DNA from: Podarcis erhardii
Lineage: Eukaryota
Reading direction: 5' to 3' (one strand)
NCBI GenBank assembly: GCA_964252035.1
Contig: OZ176201.1
DNA: 64,000 nt
Below the pieces are notes generated by a model, which saw only the letters and a program-made list of their open reading frames with translations, did no database searches and was not told the DNA's origin. Positions 51,501-62,000 of this stretch are shown piece after piece (position 1 is the stretch's first letter; each line of letters opens with the position of its first letter). A program made the translations under genes and the position numbers.

Positions 51501-54500
51501 GAAGGTGCTAGAAAATGGAGCAGAGGGAAATACAGTGCATGAAAGGAAAATATCATGCTAAGAGAAAAGCAGTGTCAGCCCATATATGAGGAAGCTCCTT
51601 GGTAAGCGTTGCTTCCATATATTTTGGTCTTGTTATAGCAATTTCCGTTGAACACCAATTGTTTTCTCCCACCATATTTTTCTTGTGAGAGCCCATCCTA
51701 AAATACTATCCTTTAGAAAGGAAATAGCTCAGTGTTGGAGTAGAATAAGCTAAATGGCTTAATTTTGGCCAATCACAATCTCTTTCAAAAATGCCTTCTC
51801 CATAAGAAATAAGTGCATGTTCTGAGGAGGACAACAGCATGTGCTTATAACTCCCCAACAGTTGATTGACAGTTGTATTTGCAGATGAGTAATCTTCTCC
51901 AGAGTGAGTCATAGATGTGAAGGATAGGGATGAAGGTCATCTTGCTTGCCACAGGTTTTCTTTGTGGTTTATTAATAGCACTTGTTTCTTTTTCTCTCTT
52001 GCTCTTTTTCAGGGTGGCATGTATGTGTTTCAACTCTTTGACTACTATGCAGCTAGTGGTGTATGCCTTTTGTGGGTTGCATTCTTTGAATGCATTGCTG
52101 TAGCCTGGGTTTATGGTGAGTAAGTTGTAAATATCTGGCCTGGTATTTTTCCTACAGGAACAACTAAACATTGCAGGGTCTTGGAAGATTAGGCTCCTGG
52201 ATCCCAGGAGTTGGGATTGTGAGGGAGGCAGAGCTAAAGTAGGGGTCGAGCTAAAATAGGGGTCTAAGTGACAAATAAAATTTTTCTTACTTTGCTTCCT
52301 GAGATGCAGTCATTGACAAGGGAAAAAAAGGTTGCTATATGGCAGGCATGTCCAACAGGTAGATCATGATCTGCTGGAAGATCACCGGGTGTTCCTGGTA
52401 GATCTTTGGCCCCTCAGAGATCTCCTCCCCCCCCAAAAAAAAAAGGGGAGGAGGAAGATGAACAACTGTGAAAATCTTTAATAAAAACAACAACTTTGCC
52501 TTTCCCAAAAAAGCTTGACAACTTTGGCCCATCCAACGACAATGGGTAGATCACTGCCAGTTTTTTTATACTGTGAGTAGATCGCAGTCTGTTGGGAGTT
52601 GGACGTCCCTGCTGTATGGGAACAGAGTTGGTGAATGTGAAGCTAAGAATCACTTTCCTAATTGAAACAACATATTGGCTTTCTTAGGAAGTGAGCCTGA
52701 GTCCCAGCCTTGAAAAATGAAGTAGTGCTTATAATACACATTACATTGCGAGAGACATTGGCTGAATCAAGCTGGATGCGGTGGTTGGATTGGGGAATTT
52801 TCAAAAAGTATCTCCCTTTTCCAAAAGCAAGATTTTCAGGGGGCAATTGAAAAGGCATGGGTGGGCTTTTTGAGAGGAAAGTTACTGGGGCTTGGCCCCT
52901 GTACCAATGTTCCCTTTTGCTATGCTGCTCTGTGGCAATGAAAGTGCTGCAGTGCAGCAAACAGGGAGCATCTTCCCAGATAGACTTTGCATGTTCATCT
53001 GAGTGCAGATGTTGCCGGTGCCTGTGCTGACACCATTAGAAGTGGTCTGGAACTTCAGAGGGAAGGTGGTGCAACTTCTGTTGCCTTCGGCACTACATAG
53101 CCAACTCTGAATGGGTCTGGCTTGCCATCAATTTTACAATGTGGTGTCTTTTTAGTTGAATCCCATTGTGAAGGAGAAAGCATAAGTTTAACTTTTAAAG
53201 CTGAAAAAAAAAATCCTGGACCAGTAGTAGACTGGGGAAGAATCACTGTTTTAACAGTAAGATAGAAGGTGTGGGTTTTTCAGCACTCTTTTCAGGTTTC
53301 TTGAAAACATACTTTTTATTTCAAAACTCTGGTGCACATAAGTGTGGGAATCATCCCTACTGAGGTCAAAAAAGAACAAATTTCTTTCTGTTTGGTATGA
53401 TAGTGTTTATGTTAAACATAGCCTGTCTCCCTAGTCCTATCCCTCCCAGCCTATAAATGGCTGTGGATAATGTAATAAAACTATGGTTTGCTGGATCTGC
53501 AGCTCATCCCCCTGGAAATTAAGTGATATCCATGTTAATATTTTTAGAAACTTGTTATAATTTCGATTATAATAAAGGTTTGAAATGCCCCCCCCCCTTT
53601 TGGTACCTGGTTTCTGTGATGGTTTTGTTCTACACTTGATTTTGCATTTAATAAAAAAGAATTTAAAAAATGTGGCATAGCTCCCATAATGAGGTTAGAG
53701 CCAAAGCAGGCATCTCATCCAGTCCAGTAACATTCCCTTTCCCTTTTGTCGAACTCTAGGCGCTGATAATTTTTACGATGCCATTGAAGATATGATTGGT
53801 TACAGGCCCGGTCCCTGGATGAAGTGGAGCTGGATTATAATCACACCAGTTCTCTGTGTGGTGAGTGCTTGAAATAGCTTGGCTAAAACATGGTTTTGCA
53901 TCTGTAGTAGACTTTGTTGCTTTATTATTTTACTCCTCATCTTCTCCAACAGTAGCTTCATGAGTTAAGATACTGAGTTAAAAATGTATAATGTGTAAAG
54001 GAATTGCTCCCATGTTAAAACATCTCCACTGGTATTCCATTTTTTTCCATGCCCACATAAAACTGCTGGACTTTTGCATGTAAAACCATCAGCTGGGGAA
54101 CCTAAAAGACCATCTTTCTCCCACGTGAACCTGCCTACCAATTTAGATCTTTTTCAGAGGCTTTCCTGTGGACCACTCTGCTGCAGCTAACAGAAATGGC
54201 TTTTAATGTATTATAGGGTGCCCAAATGATGAAATTTTCATCCCAGATATCATCATTAATAATAATAATAATAATAATTTCTGTACCGCCCTTCATCTGA
54301 GGATCACAGGGTGGAAGGCACCCCCTGCTACTGAAGCTGCCTGAGCCTCAAGAAACAACAGTGAATCCAGAAGCAACCCCAAGCTATGTGCCTATTTCCC
54401 TGGCACTCTATTAATGACATTTTTTTCTCTAGGCAAAGTAAAAAAGAAGCATGAACGCCCTTAGAGTGTGCTTCTAGTGCCTCTTTTTGCAGTCCCTACT

Positions 54501-57500
54501 TGAACTTCCAGTCACCGGGCTGTCCTACTCAGCTGTCAAAGTGGCCTGTGGAAGGGTTTTTATCTTACTGGTAGCTGCGTAGAGCTGCATTTTTGCTGCT
54601 TTCAGTTTTGTAAGCTGCCTTGAGGGCATCTGCAGCAAAAGGCAGGCTATAAATTCTATAAATAAACATGCAGTAAGCAGAACAGTAATCAAGCATTGTT
54701 TGAAGGCATTGGAATGTGATGGGCCGCTGCCATTAGATGGTTCCTCAAGCTATTTCAGTTAAACTTTATATACTTTAGCACACAGGAAGCGTGAGAGAGA
54801 AGTGGATCTATAATACTAGTATTTTGAGATGGCTTACTCTGCAGGCTTACCAAGAAGAAAGCCCCACTAAACACAGCAAGATCTGCTTCTGAGTAAACAT
54901 GAACAAGATTGCACTGCATACTACACAAAACCTAAAATGTGGAAGCATTCATGTCAAGTGAAAAGAAGTAGGGCAGTGCTACGATGAATACATCAAAGCC
55001 TTCTTGTTCTTTTTGGTGTATAGTAGTGCAGCACAGGAGTAGCCAGCACTCCCAGTGGTGTGTCTGTACACAGGGCTTATTTCCCTGTCGCCTCTTTCCC
55101 CCACCCCATCATAACACTGCTGCCAGAAGGCTTGGTGTGCACCCCATCAGCTTCTCCTGGTGTGCAGCATGCTACACTTTTTCACTTTTGGTTGCACAGA
55201 ATATACAACAAAACAACACTCGTACTGAATGGGGAAAGGATGCAGAACAAATTTGGCATCCCCTACCCCTGCTATTACCAATTATTACCAAAATCTCTAG
55301 CAGTGTGATTCCAGGGGCAGAGGAAGCACTATGGGGTTGTACTTAATGGAAAGGAAGGAATGAGGTGGATGTTGTTTTCTGAATCTCAAGTTCCAAAAAG
55401 GAAGTGGAGAAAGCTTTTAGAATGTCATTTTCTCCCACTCCACAGCTTCTTGTAAACACACACTTAGGCATGTGCAGAGTTAGGCATGAAAGCAAATAAC
55501 AACTGCAAAAACTACAGCAGAAGCTCAACTTTTGTCAAGCTTATCTATTGTCAAGCTCATGTTTTTTTCTGTAGACTGTACATTCATTGGATACTGTAAA
55601 TCCATGCAGCTACTAGTGTTAGTAGCAGAAAGGTGCATACAGTTCTTCTAACAAATCTTCAACCTGTCTGTTTGTTTTGTTTCTTTTCCTAATGCAGGGG
55701 TGCTTTATCTTTTCTCTGGCCAAGTATACACCACTGACCTACAACAAGGTGTACATATATCCTCAGTGGGCCATTGGCCTGGGGTGGATTCTTGCCCTCT
55801 CTTCTATGGTCTGCATCCCGCTTGTAATGCTTATCCGTATTCTACAGTCCGATGGCTCTCTCATTGAGGTAAGTCAACAACCTGGAAGCACATGAGAATG
55901 CACACTGGCCCTCACAGGCTTTTTTCTCTGAAACTGCCTTCCCAGCATCAACTTAAGTGCTTTGCTGCAGGATCCAGGCTATTTCCAGCGCACATACATC
56001 ATTTCTACATCTACAAAATTTTTCCTGGTCATTCATTCAATGGATAGGGCAATTTTACAGGCCCTGTTATTTTGGTGCATTCACAAAGCTTAAAACAGGG
56101 CATAGCATAGTTCCTCTGTTGAACTGGACAAGGTTCAGTGCAATTAAATAAGATGCCTGTTGCTTTAGTCATATTTACATTCTGGAAAAGAATACAGGTG
56201 CTCAATAATTTTAGCTTCTGGACAGCTGGAACGCGGCCAGTATAGAGCAAAGTTAGAAATGCATGGGATTGTAATATTTGCTAAAAGAACTGGTGTCCAT
56301 TTACAAACCACAAAGCCCTCTCTATCCAAGTTGATTCCTCTAAGCCAGTACAGTAATTTCCAACCTTTTCCAACCTGGGACCTTACTTAGCCCAAACATC
56401 CATTTGAAGACACGCTTCCTGATTCTTTCAATCTTGGTAGTGCTGCTGTTGCATGCCAGTAGTGGTAATGACCATCTAGTTAAAGGAGACCAATATTCTA
56501 AGCATTATCCAAATGGGGGCCCTCTGCTTGCCTCTCACACCATTTCTTAAAGGGACTTCTTTGCAATTGTACTTACTGGAGTGGAGATACCCAGGTATAA
56601 AATGTGGAGACTCTAGCATATAGGTAGTGTGCAAGCATTTGGTACTGTAATAATCAAATGCACAGAAACAGTAATCAGGCAATAATATAGGCCTTTTTAT
56701 TAATATGTTTTTAATTAATTATCCGTTTTTAAACAACATGTATTTTAAATAACAACACTCAAATATATTCATTCTAATAAATAGTTTACAATCAGGTGTC
56801 AATACAGTTAACTTACTAATTCCTTCATTGTGTAGCAGGCTTTCCCCCCCAGTATAGAACTTCTATTTTCATACATTTCTAAAGGGGCAAGCTTCAAATA
56901 TTTATCCTTTTTAAATAAATCCAGGACTCATCTATTTTGCGCTATTACTATTTTGCCTGAGCATAAGAGTTGCATGAGTAGCAGTATAGTTTCTATACTG
57001 GAATCTCAGACAAGTCAGCCTAGCTTTTGATCATTGTACTTTGACAAGAGCCCTAGTAAAGACGTGAAGATCCACCTGTGGGTTCCACATGTTGAGTGTG
57101 CAGCCTCCCTTCCAGGTGCTGCACCATAGATGGGCATCCTAGCTGCATAGCGTGCTGTGCGGAAGGATCTGGCCTGCATCAGCTGCACTACTGAGTTAAG
57201 AGAGCCACCTAGTGGAAGCAGTAACTTATCAGTACCTCAGGTCCAAGTGATGCTCACTGCATATTACTCACACTAGCTCCCCCAAAACCTTTCTTCTGTG
57301 TTGCCTTCTTGTTCTTTGCATTATCACACTTTCTCCCAGTAACAAAATCAGTTTTCTGATCTCATCTCGTCTCATGAGCAGTGGCTTGGACGTTCAAACT
57401 AAATCCACTTCATGGTCATGAACCAACATTTTTTTGCCATTTGAACTGTGAATACATAAGAGCAGCCCTGCCAAATCATACCAAAGGCATGTGTATTTCA

Positions 57501-59067
57501 ACACCCCCCTCCCCCCCCAAAGTCAGATCCTTGCAGGAAACCCACAAGCAGCACCCTCTTTCATTTGTTCATTAGTGACTGGAATAACTCAGAAGCATGG
57601 TGTCTCTGATCCCGAGGAAGCATACAGGCATCGGGATGGGTAGCCACTGATAGCCCTACCTTCCATCAATTGGTCTAATCCCTTTTAAAAGCCATCTAAG
57701 GCAGCAGCCACTGTGCCGCTGACATTTTGCAGCAGCCAATTCCCTCACTTAGCAATGTGCTGTATGAAGAAATACTCCATCTCCTTTGGGCCAAACCTAT
57801 TCAGTTTATTAATTACCCTTCACCATAAGGTCCCAGGACAGGTTACATCCATTTAAAATGCAATATTTGAAAACAGGCTACCTATTAAGTTCTCTTGGAT
57901 GAGTGTGTGTGTGTGTGTGTGTGTGTAAATGTGAAAGAGATAGGTCTCTCTTCTTTTTTCACACTGCATCATTTTACACAACTCTGTCATGTCTTCTCTG
58001 ACCTTTTTTTCTAAACCAGAAAACCCCAGGTGTTCTAATCTTTCCACATAGTGGAGCTGTCCTTTTCTATACCCTTTCCTGTTCTACAATATTCCTCCCC
58101 CCCCCTTTTTTTTTTTGAGATGCAGCAACCAGAACTGTTGGCATTGGCTTGTGTTCATTGCAGTGCTACTGCTAAGGTGCTGTCAGTACAAGGATTTTCC
58201 TTGCATGATGGGACCTTCTTCCCTTGTGCCTCCCCCTGATCTTTTCTGGGGGTTGCCCCAACCCTCCAGAGCTGTTTTGGGAACAGCACAGGAGGAGGAA
58301 GGAATTAATGTGGGAATCCTTGTACTAGCTTCTGCTGTGCAATAAGTTTGCTGAATATGACCCAGTGTGCTATTTCAAGTGTGCTACATCATAGGTATTG
58401 GTATTATAATACTGGCAGTTTTATTTTCAGCCCCTTTCCTAACAATTCCTAGTATGATATTCAGTTTTTTTCTACAGCTGCCGCAGGCTGAGTTGATGCA
58501 TATCTACCATAACCTCTCCCCACCTCGCCCCTGCCGGTGATATTTTTCTGGTCATCACTGCCAGTTCAGTCATACATGTTTGGATTCCACTAAATTGTGT
58601 ACATAGAACAAGATCCATTCATGCAATTATGCTTCCATCTCCTCTTCCCACATGCCCTTTCCTTCCAATCTGCTCTGGAGCATTGGGGAAGCCCCCAGAA
58701 CAGGTTTAGGGGGCATCTGGTTGGGCTTTGCTTATGTTCTTATAAGGAAAGGAGGGGAAATCTCGAGCACACCCCATTCTGTGCACACAAGCATCCTGCT
58801 AAGCCTTACATTGAACTCTGCCCACATTCATGTATCCATAAAGTTAGGCTTTTTCACTCCAATTTTTCACTCCATAATGATCTGGAAGCCTTTTCAAATA
58901 CCATGTTTCCCTTTCTCTCTTTCCAGAGGGTGAAGGCAGTGGCTGCCCCTCGTGAGATAACTCGGTGGGAGAAAGAAACAGAGAGCGCTGCCCCCTTCTG
59001 CCCTCCTGGAATGGCCAATGGAGAACTGATCAAGCCAACTCATATCATCGTGGAGACAATGATGTGA
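33335..59067 (+). CDS. SLC6A6: Sodium- and chloride-dependent taurine transporter (TauT), spliced CDS envelope; 12 visible coding exons plus one exon hidden in the N gap
   Basis: N-terminus [45 protein letters not shown]-terminus [11 protein letters not shown], and the TauT-specific FVEVEG (E406). Visible exon sizes 229,135,235,133,135,104,113,138,103,101,171,141 sum to 1738 nt; adding 125 gives 1863 nt = 620 aa + stop, as in mammalian TauT. Confidence 0.99.
34219..34353 (+). CDS. SLC6A6: SLC6A6 coding exon 2 ([45 protein letters not shown])
   Basis: ctctacag| acceptor, |gttagt donor, 135 nt, phases fit the neighbouring exons. Confidence 0.97.
35823..36030. repeat. Two adjacent copies of the ~95-bp palindromic repeat
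   Basis: First copy has centre cactgaattcaatgg and ends ttgcactgtaa (35916); a second copy follows with ggacttaattctgagta. Confidence 0.65.
37003..37083. repeat. ~95-bp palindromic repeat interrupted by a hAT MITE
   Basis: acagtgcaatcatatg...cattgaattcaatgagacttatttccaggtaagtgtg; the remainder resumes near 37216-37235. Confidence 0.65.
37084..37215. mobile_element. hAT MITE
   Basis: TIR caggggtgggcaacttgtggccctc / gagggccataggttacccttccatg; degenerate TSD gtgtacaa / gtctatat. Confidence 0.65.
37568..37802 (+). CDS. SLC6A6: SLC6A6 coding exon 3 ([10 protein letters not shown]...[11 protein letters not shown]; TM3 and EL2)
   Basis: Long pyrimidine tract then aaatcag| acceptor; GA|gtaagc donor; 235 nt; matches ORF 37522-37806. 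Confidence 0.98.
40029..40161 (+). CDS. SLC6A6: SLC6A6 coding exon 4 ([15 protein letters not shown]...KGVKSTGK)
   Basis: cctttaag| acceptor (AAG type); AAA|gtaagt donor; 133 nt. Confidence 0.96.
40695..40935 (-). mobile_element. hAT MITE A (reverse-orientation copy of the 25867-26117 family)
   Basis: TIR caggggtcagcaaact / agtttgcctgcccatg; TSD atctagtc at 40687-40694 and 40936-40943. Confidence 0.92.
40944..41079. mobile_element. hAT MITE B, 136 bp, foldback
   Basis: 53-bp TIRs with 2 mismatches (cagtgtttcccaaccttgggcctccagctg...); TSD atctagtc at 40936-40943 and 41080-41087. Confidence 0.93.
41818..41870 (+). repeat. 26-bp perfect direct repeat (period 27)
   Basis: aaagaaggggaaataacaaaggcaag at 41818-41843 and 41845-41870. 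Confidence 0.9.
42413..42587 (-). mobile_element. tRNA-derived SINE (same family as 14595-14797)
   Basis: Minus strand head catagctcaatggtgaaca...gaaggtcccagattcaacccccagcacttccaggtagg. Confidence 0.65.
43236..43370 (+). CDS. SLC6A6: SLC6A6 coding exon 5 ([45 protein letters not shown])
   Basis: taccag| acceptor; CAG|gtgggt donor; 135 nt; translated by hand (below ORF-track length). Confidence 0.97.
44249..44605. mobile_element. Non-autonomous hAT element
   Basis: TIR cagggctggggaacc / ggttccctaccactg; perfect TSD gcctaagc (44241-44248, 44606-44613). Confidence 0.88.
45052..45155 (+). CDS. SLC6A6: SLC6A6 coding exon 6 ([35 protein letters not shown]), GC donor
   Basis: ttttctttag| acceptor; 104 nt; ends TAT AG|gcaagt. 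Confidence 0.96.
45264..45395. other. SLC6A6: Run of 132 N; inferred location of SLC6A6 coding exon 7 (125 nt)
   Basis: The N run is directly visible. The DCMLLGCLNSGTSF...DVAES-type exon was not found in readable sequence between 45156 and 48973. Exon 6 (ends phase 2) and exon 8 (starts phase 1) require an intervening exon of 3n+2 nt. Confidence 0.85.
46688..46772. repeat. ~95-bp palindromic repeat copy
   Basis: ttaaggctgcaatcctgtgcacac...cttctgagtaagcatg. Confidence 0.65.
48060..48292. mobile_element. Penelope-like element (PLE) remnant: inverted, truncated pseudo-LTR pair
   Basis: Perfect 96-bp arms 48097-48192 / 48197-48292 with a 4-nt spacer; 37-nt unpaired extension 48060-48096; 13-bp TSD ttgattcattata (48047-48059, 48289-48301); contains a hammerhead core typical of PLE pLTRs. 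Confidence 0.88.
48157..48198 (-). ncRNA. Minimal type I hammerhead ribozyme motif
   Basis: Minus strand AGGUAU-CUGAAGA-A-GUGUG(CAUG)CACAC-GAAA-GCUC^AUACCU: 6-bp helix I, CUGAnGA and GAAA core, helix II, palindromic AGCU helix III; predicted cleavage after CUC (between 48163 and 48162). Confidence 0.75.
48974..49086 (+). CDS. SLC6A6: SLC6A6 coding exon 8 ([38 protein letters not shown])
   Basis: attcctttag| acceptor; CAG|gtgagt donor; 113 nt. Confidence 0.98.
50514..50651 (+). CDS. SLC6A6: SLC6A6 coding exon 9 ([26 protein letters not shown]...MVTE)
   Basis: ttttctgccag| acceptor; GAA|gtaagt donor; 138 nt. Confidence 0.98.
50726..50925 (+). mobile_element. tRNA-derived SINE, diverged (same family as 14595-14797)
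   Basis: cagttcaatggcagagca...gggcccaggttgatttcctgcatctccag head. Confidence 0.6.
51261..51486 (+). mobile_element. Sauria SINE (Squam1), 5'-truncated
   Basis: aagcacgtcagagcgcaagtagataaatagg...ggcgggaaggtaaa...gtcatgctggccacatgacc...gtcaggggtccctttacccttac matches the lacertid Sauria SINE body and (ACCTTT)-like tail as I recall it. Confidence 0.9.
52013..52115 (+). CDS. SLC6A6: SLC6A6 coding exon 10 ([34 protein letters not shown])
   Basis: ctttttcag| acceptor; G|gtgagt donor; 103 nt. Confidence 0.98.
52343..52611. mobile_element. hAT MITE
   Basis: TIR caggcatgtccaac / gttggacgtccctg; TSD ctatatgg / ctgtatgg. Confidence 0.8.
53760..53860 (+). CDS. SLC6A6: SLC6A6 coding exon 11 ([34 protein letters not shown])
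   Basis: gaactctag| acceptor; GTG|gtgagt donor; 101 nt. Confidence 0.97.
54831..54917. repeat. ~95-bp palindromic repeat, degraded copy
   Basis: gcttctgagtaaacatgaacaagattgcactg right arm. Confidence 0.55.
55698..55868 (+). CDS. SLC6A6: SLC6A6 coding exon 12 ([17 protein letters not shown]...QSDGSLIE)
   Basis: aatgcag| acceptor; GAG|gtaagt donor; 171 nt. Confidence 0.98.
57580..58140 (-). mobile_element. Decayed CR1 LINE (ORF2 C-terminus and 3'UTR)
   Basis: ORF 57853-58047(-) [26 protein letters not shown] resembles CR1 ORF2 [27 protein letters not shown]; (GT)12 inserted at 57903-57926. Confidence 0.75.
58927..59067 (+). CDS. SLC6A6: SLC6A6 last coding exon ([10 protein letters not shown]...[11 protein letters not shown])
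   Basis: ctctttccag| acceptor; 141 nt including TGA. Confidence 0.98.
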   Translation, partial: RVKAVAAPREITRWEKETESAAPFCPPGMANGELIKPTHIIVETMM

Positions 59068-62000
59068 GCTCTCTCTATGAGAGGAAGACGCCTGCTTTAA
59101 AACTGCCGTTTACTAACCATAGAATCTCTCATAGGACCAGGTTTACAGAGCTTTATATTTGCACTAGGATTTATTTTTATTTCTCACAGAGAAAGTTATT
59201 TTTTGTGTGTTCAGTTTTTATTTTTTAATATTTTGTAAAGTAAATCACAGTGGATGCCTCTCGCTCTATTTAGAGGCAGAGCTTTCATATCAAATTAGGC
59301 ACACTGCAGGAATTTACTAATTTTCTCTCTCTCCACACAACATATCTATCTAACGCCTATTCATGATACCACTTTACCACTTGAGTTGATTTTCTTGCCA
59401 GCAATATATACATGGGCTGCAATCCTATGCACATTTTCTTGGGATTATGCCCCATTGAACACAGTGGGACTTACTTCTGAGTAAACATATATAGGATTAT
59501 GCCAACACACAACATATATAAATATATGCATATACGCGTTTCAAATTTCTTTAGGTGCTGGTGTGGTTGCGAACAGGGTAAAACCAAAACTTAAGAAAGT
59601 GAATATCTCACTGGAGGCATTTGCTTTTTTAATGCTTATGTTGTTTTAAGAAACTGGTTTTCAAAGGTGTGGCACTATCTTCCTCTGGTTCAAGTGGGGA
59701 GAATTAAAGCAGGAAAGGGTACATGCTTTTATGCTTATTGTGGTCCATGTAAAATATAGAGAGATTGTATATATATATTTGTGTGCTTGTAATTGGAAAA
59801 GCTGCAATATGGGGTGGGAATTGGGAGCAGTTGGGAACCAAGGGAACAATCCACGCAGCAGCCATCTCCCGAGTACGGTTTCTGTGCGAAAAGCCTGCAA
59901 GAGGGTGGCAAGGTCATTCCTGCTTGGGTGGCATTTTGCCAGGCAGTACCCTCTCAGGGCCATTTTCTACATCCCACGAGTCCCGTCTTCCCTAAGCCAG
60001 TTCTGTGTTAATATCCCAACACAGGCAGAATTTATATGTAGACTTCTGAGAAAGACATGCAGACCTTTGTGTTGCTCTACTACTATTGTTGGTATAGAAG
60101 GGTTTCTCTGAGAAGCCGCCATGTGTCGCAGATCCCTTCTTGGGTTACTTTTTGAGACACGAGAGTAACTTAACAGGTCGGCGGAGTGGACTGAAGCAAA
60201 GTGATGTGGGGAGTGGCCCGTCTTCCGCAGGCCGTACTCGAGAAATGATCTGGCTTTGACTTGAATTTTCTTAGAAAGGTAGCTTGCTGTCAAAGAGCAC
60301 GTATAGAAGTGCAGCATTTACAAGGATGCTGCAAAAGCGCTGTGCAATTCTGAAGCATTTTTGAAACCCCAAACTTGCCAAAATTTATTATTTCTAGTTC
60401 ACAGAAAGGAGTGTTGGGCCTGTATCATTCAAAGCAGCGTAGTAGCATATCGGTCACTATAAAACCTGAAATGGACCTCTAGACCCACTGCTGAGGAAGC
60501 TACTGCAGCACAGGACTATTCAGGACATGCAGCTGAGTGTGTGAGAGAGAAAGAAGGAGATGCAGGAGGCAGACTTAGATCCTGATCCTCACAGGCATTT
60601 AAGTAGAGTCATCATTTGTATCGTATGGAGATAAGGAAGCACAAGAAGATGAAATGAGCTACAAAGGCATTTTAGTTTGGATGAGGCATGAAACATCTGA
60701 ACAAGATTTTTCATCAATGAACTAAGCATACAGAACTTTCCCACTTACCTCAGGAATAAGGATTTGCTTCTGGAAATCTCACCTCAGTTTTGACCAAGCC
60801 CTGGTTCTTATGGAAGGTAATAAGATGATGTTGGATAAAGGCTCTTAGACCCTCCCATATGGGCATTGATCTTGGGGGAGGTGGTGCCCCTTTTTAAGTG
60901 AGTATTGGCACTAAACGCAATATGGGCAGGATTGTAAGCCAGAAATGGCAGCAAAGCCTTTACCTGAGTACCTGTAGCCAGTTTAGTCTGTCAGTGACAG
61001 ATACTGTAGTTTAAACTGGAACCTAGCCAGTATTTAAAAACATTCCTAATTACATTTTTTTAAAAGAAAAAAGAAAACCTAAGAAAATGTCTACGTGTGT
61101 CCCATGCTCTCATTGGCCACAGCGTATTGGCTTTACAAATGCTTGCTAAGTCATGTCAGGTTTTATATGAAATGGAAACAACAAGTTTAAATAAAAAAGG
61201 ACCAAAGCACAGTTATTTCAAGTTTCTTGTATAGCTGACTTTTTTTTTTTTTTAAGGTAAGAGTCTCAAATTTATTTTTATGTGAGGGAACTGAACTTTG
61301 AGTACACGCAGGTGGTCAGGGTCAGGGCTTTCATTTTCCAGTGACCATCCTACTGGAAGAGCCTTAAGCCAAACACTTCCATAATATGCGATGACATGAT
61401 AGCATCGTTCTCAAATCCTAGCCCCTACCAGCTGAAAAGCTTAACCTGGAGGGCTAAGGCAGCCAAGGGAAAGCTGACCTCTCTCATCCAAGCCTCATTG
61501 CTAGCCAAAGTAGGACTCCAATTTAATAAGCACAGGTCAGACTTGTATTGTCTCTTTTCATGCTATTGGGAAGCAATGAGGAGTTAGGCCAGAAGCAGAT
61601 CTTAACTGAATTCCCTTGACTCTCCCTAGTGCACATTGACCTAAATACAGTGCAGTGTATATTTTGATAAGCAAGTAAATAAATGAGTTCAGGCTTTCCA
61701 AAGCAGCTGATGATCCCAGTGCAAATATAATCAACCACTCTAAGCACATATTGTGGGAGGATGAATTTCCAGAACAAAACCAGAAAGAATCAATCCTGCG
61801 CCTTTAGAGTTCCAGCTAGGGAAGACAAGTACCCAGCCCATTTTGAGGTTAAGGTGTGCCATTTGAATCAGTAGCTTCCATGTTGAGGGTGAAAGGGTTT
61901 TATAGGCATATACACAGTGACCTTAAAAAGTTATGCTAGCTAGTTAGTGTAATTGGGGGTGGGTGGGGGTGAGCAAAGCCTCAATCAAGTTTAACACAGC

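Noticed and set aside
56690-56960. Possible further L1 3' fragments (also ~53380-53630 and ~38325-38460)
   Set aside because: AT-rich with no identifiable TSD; too weak to call.
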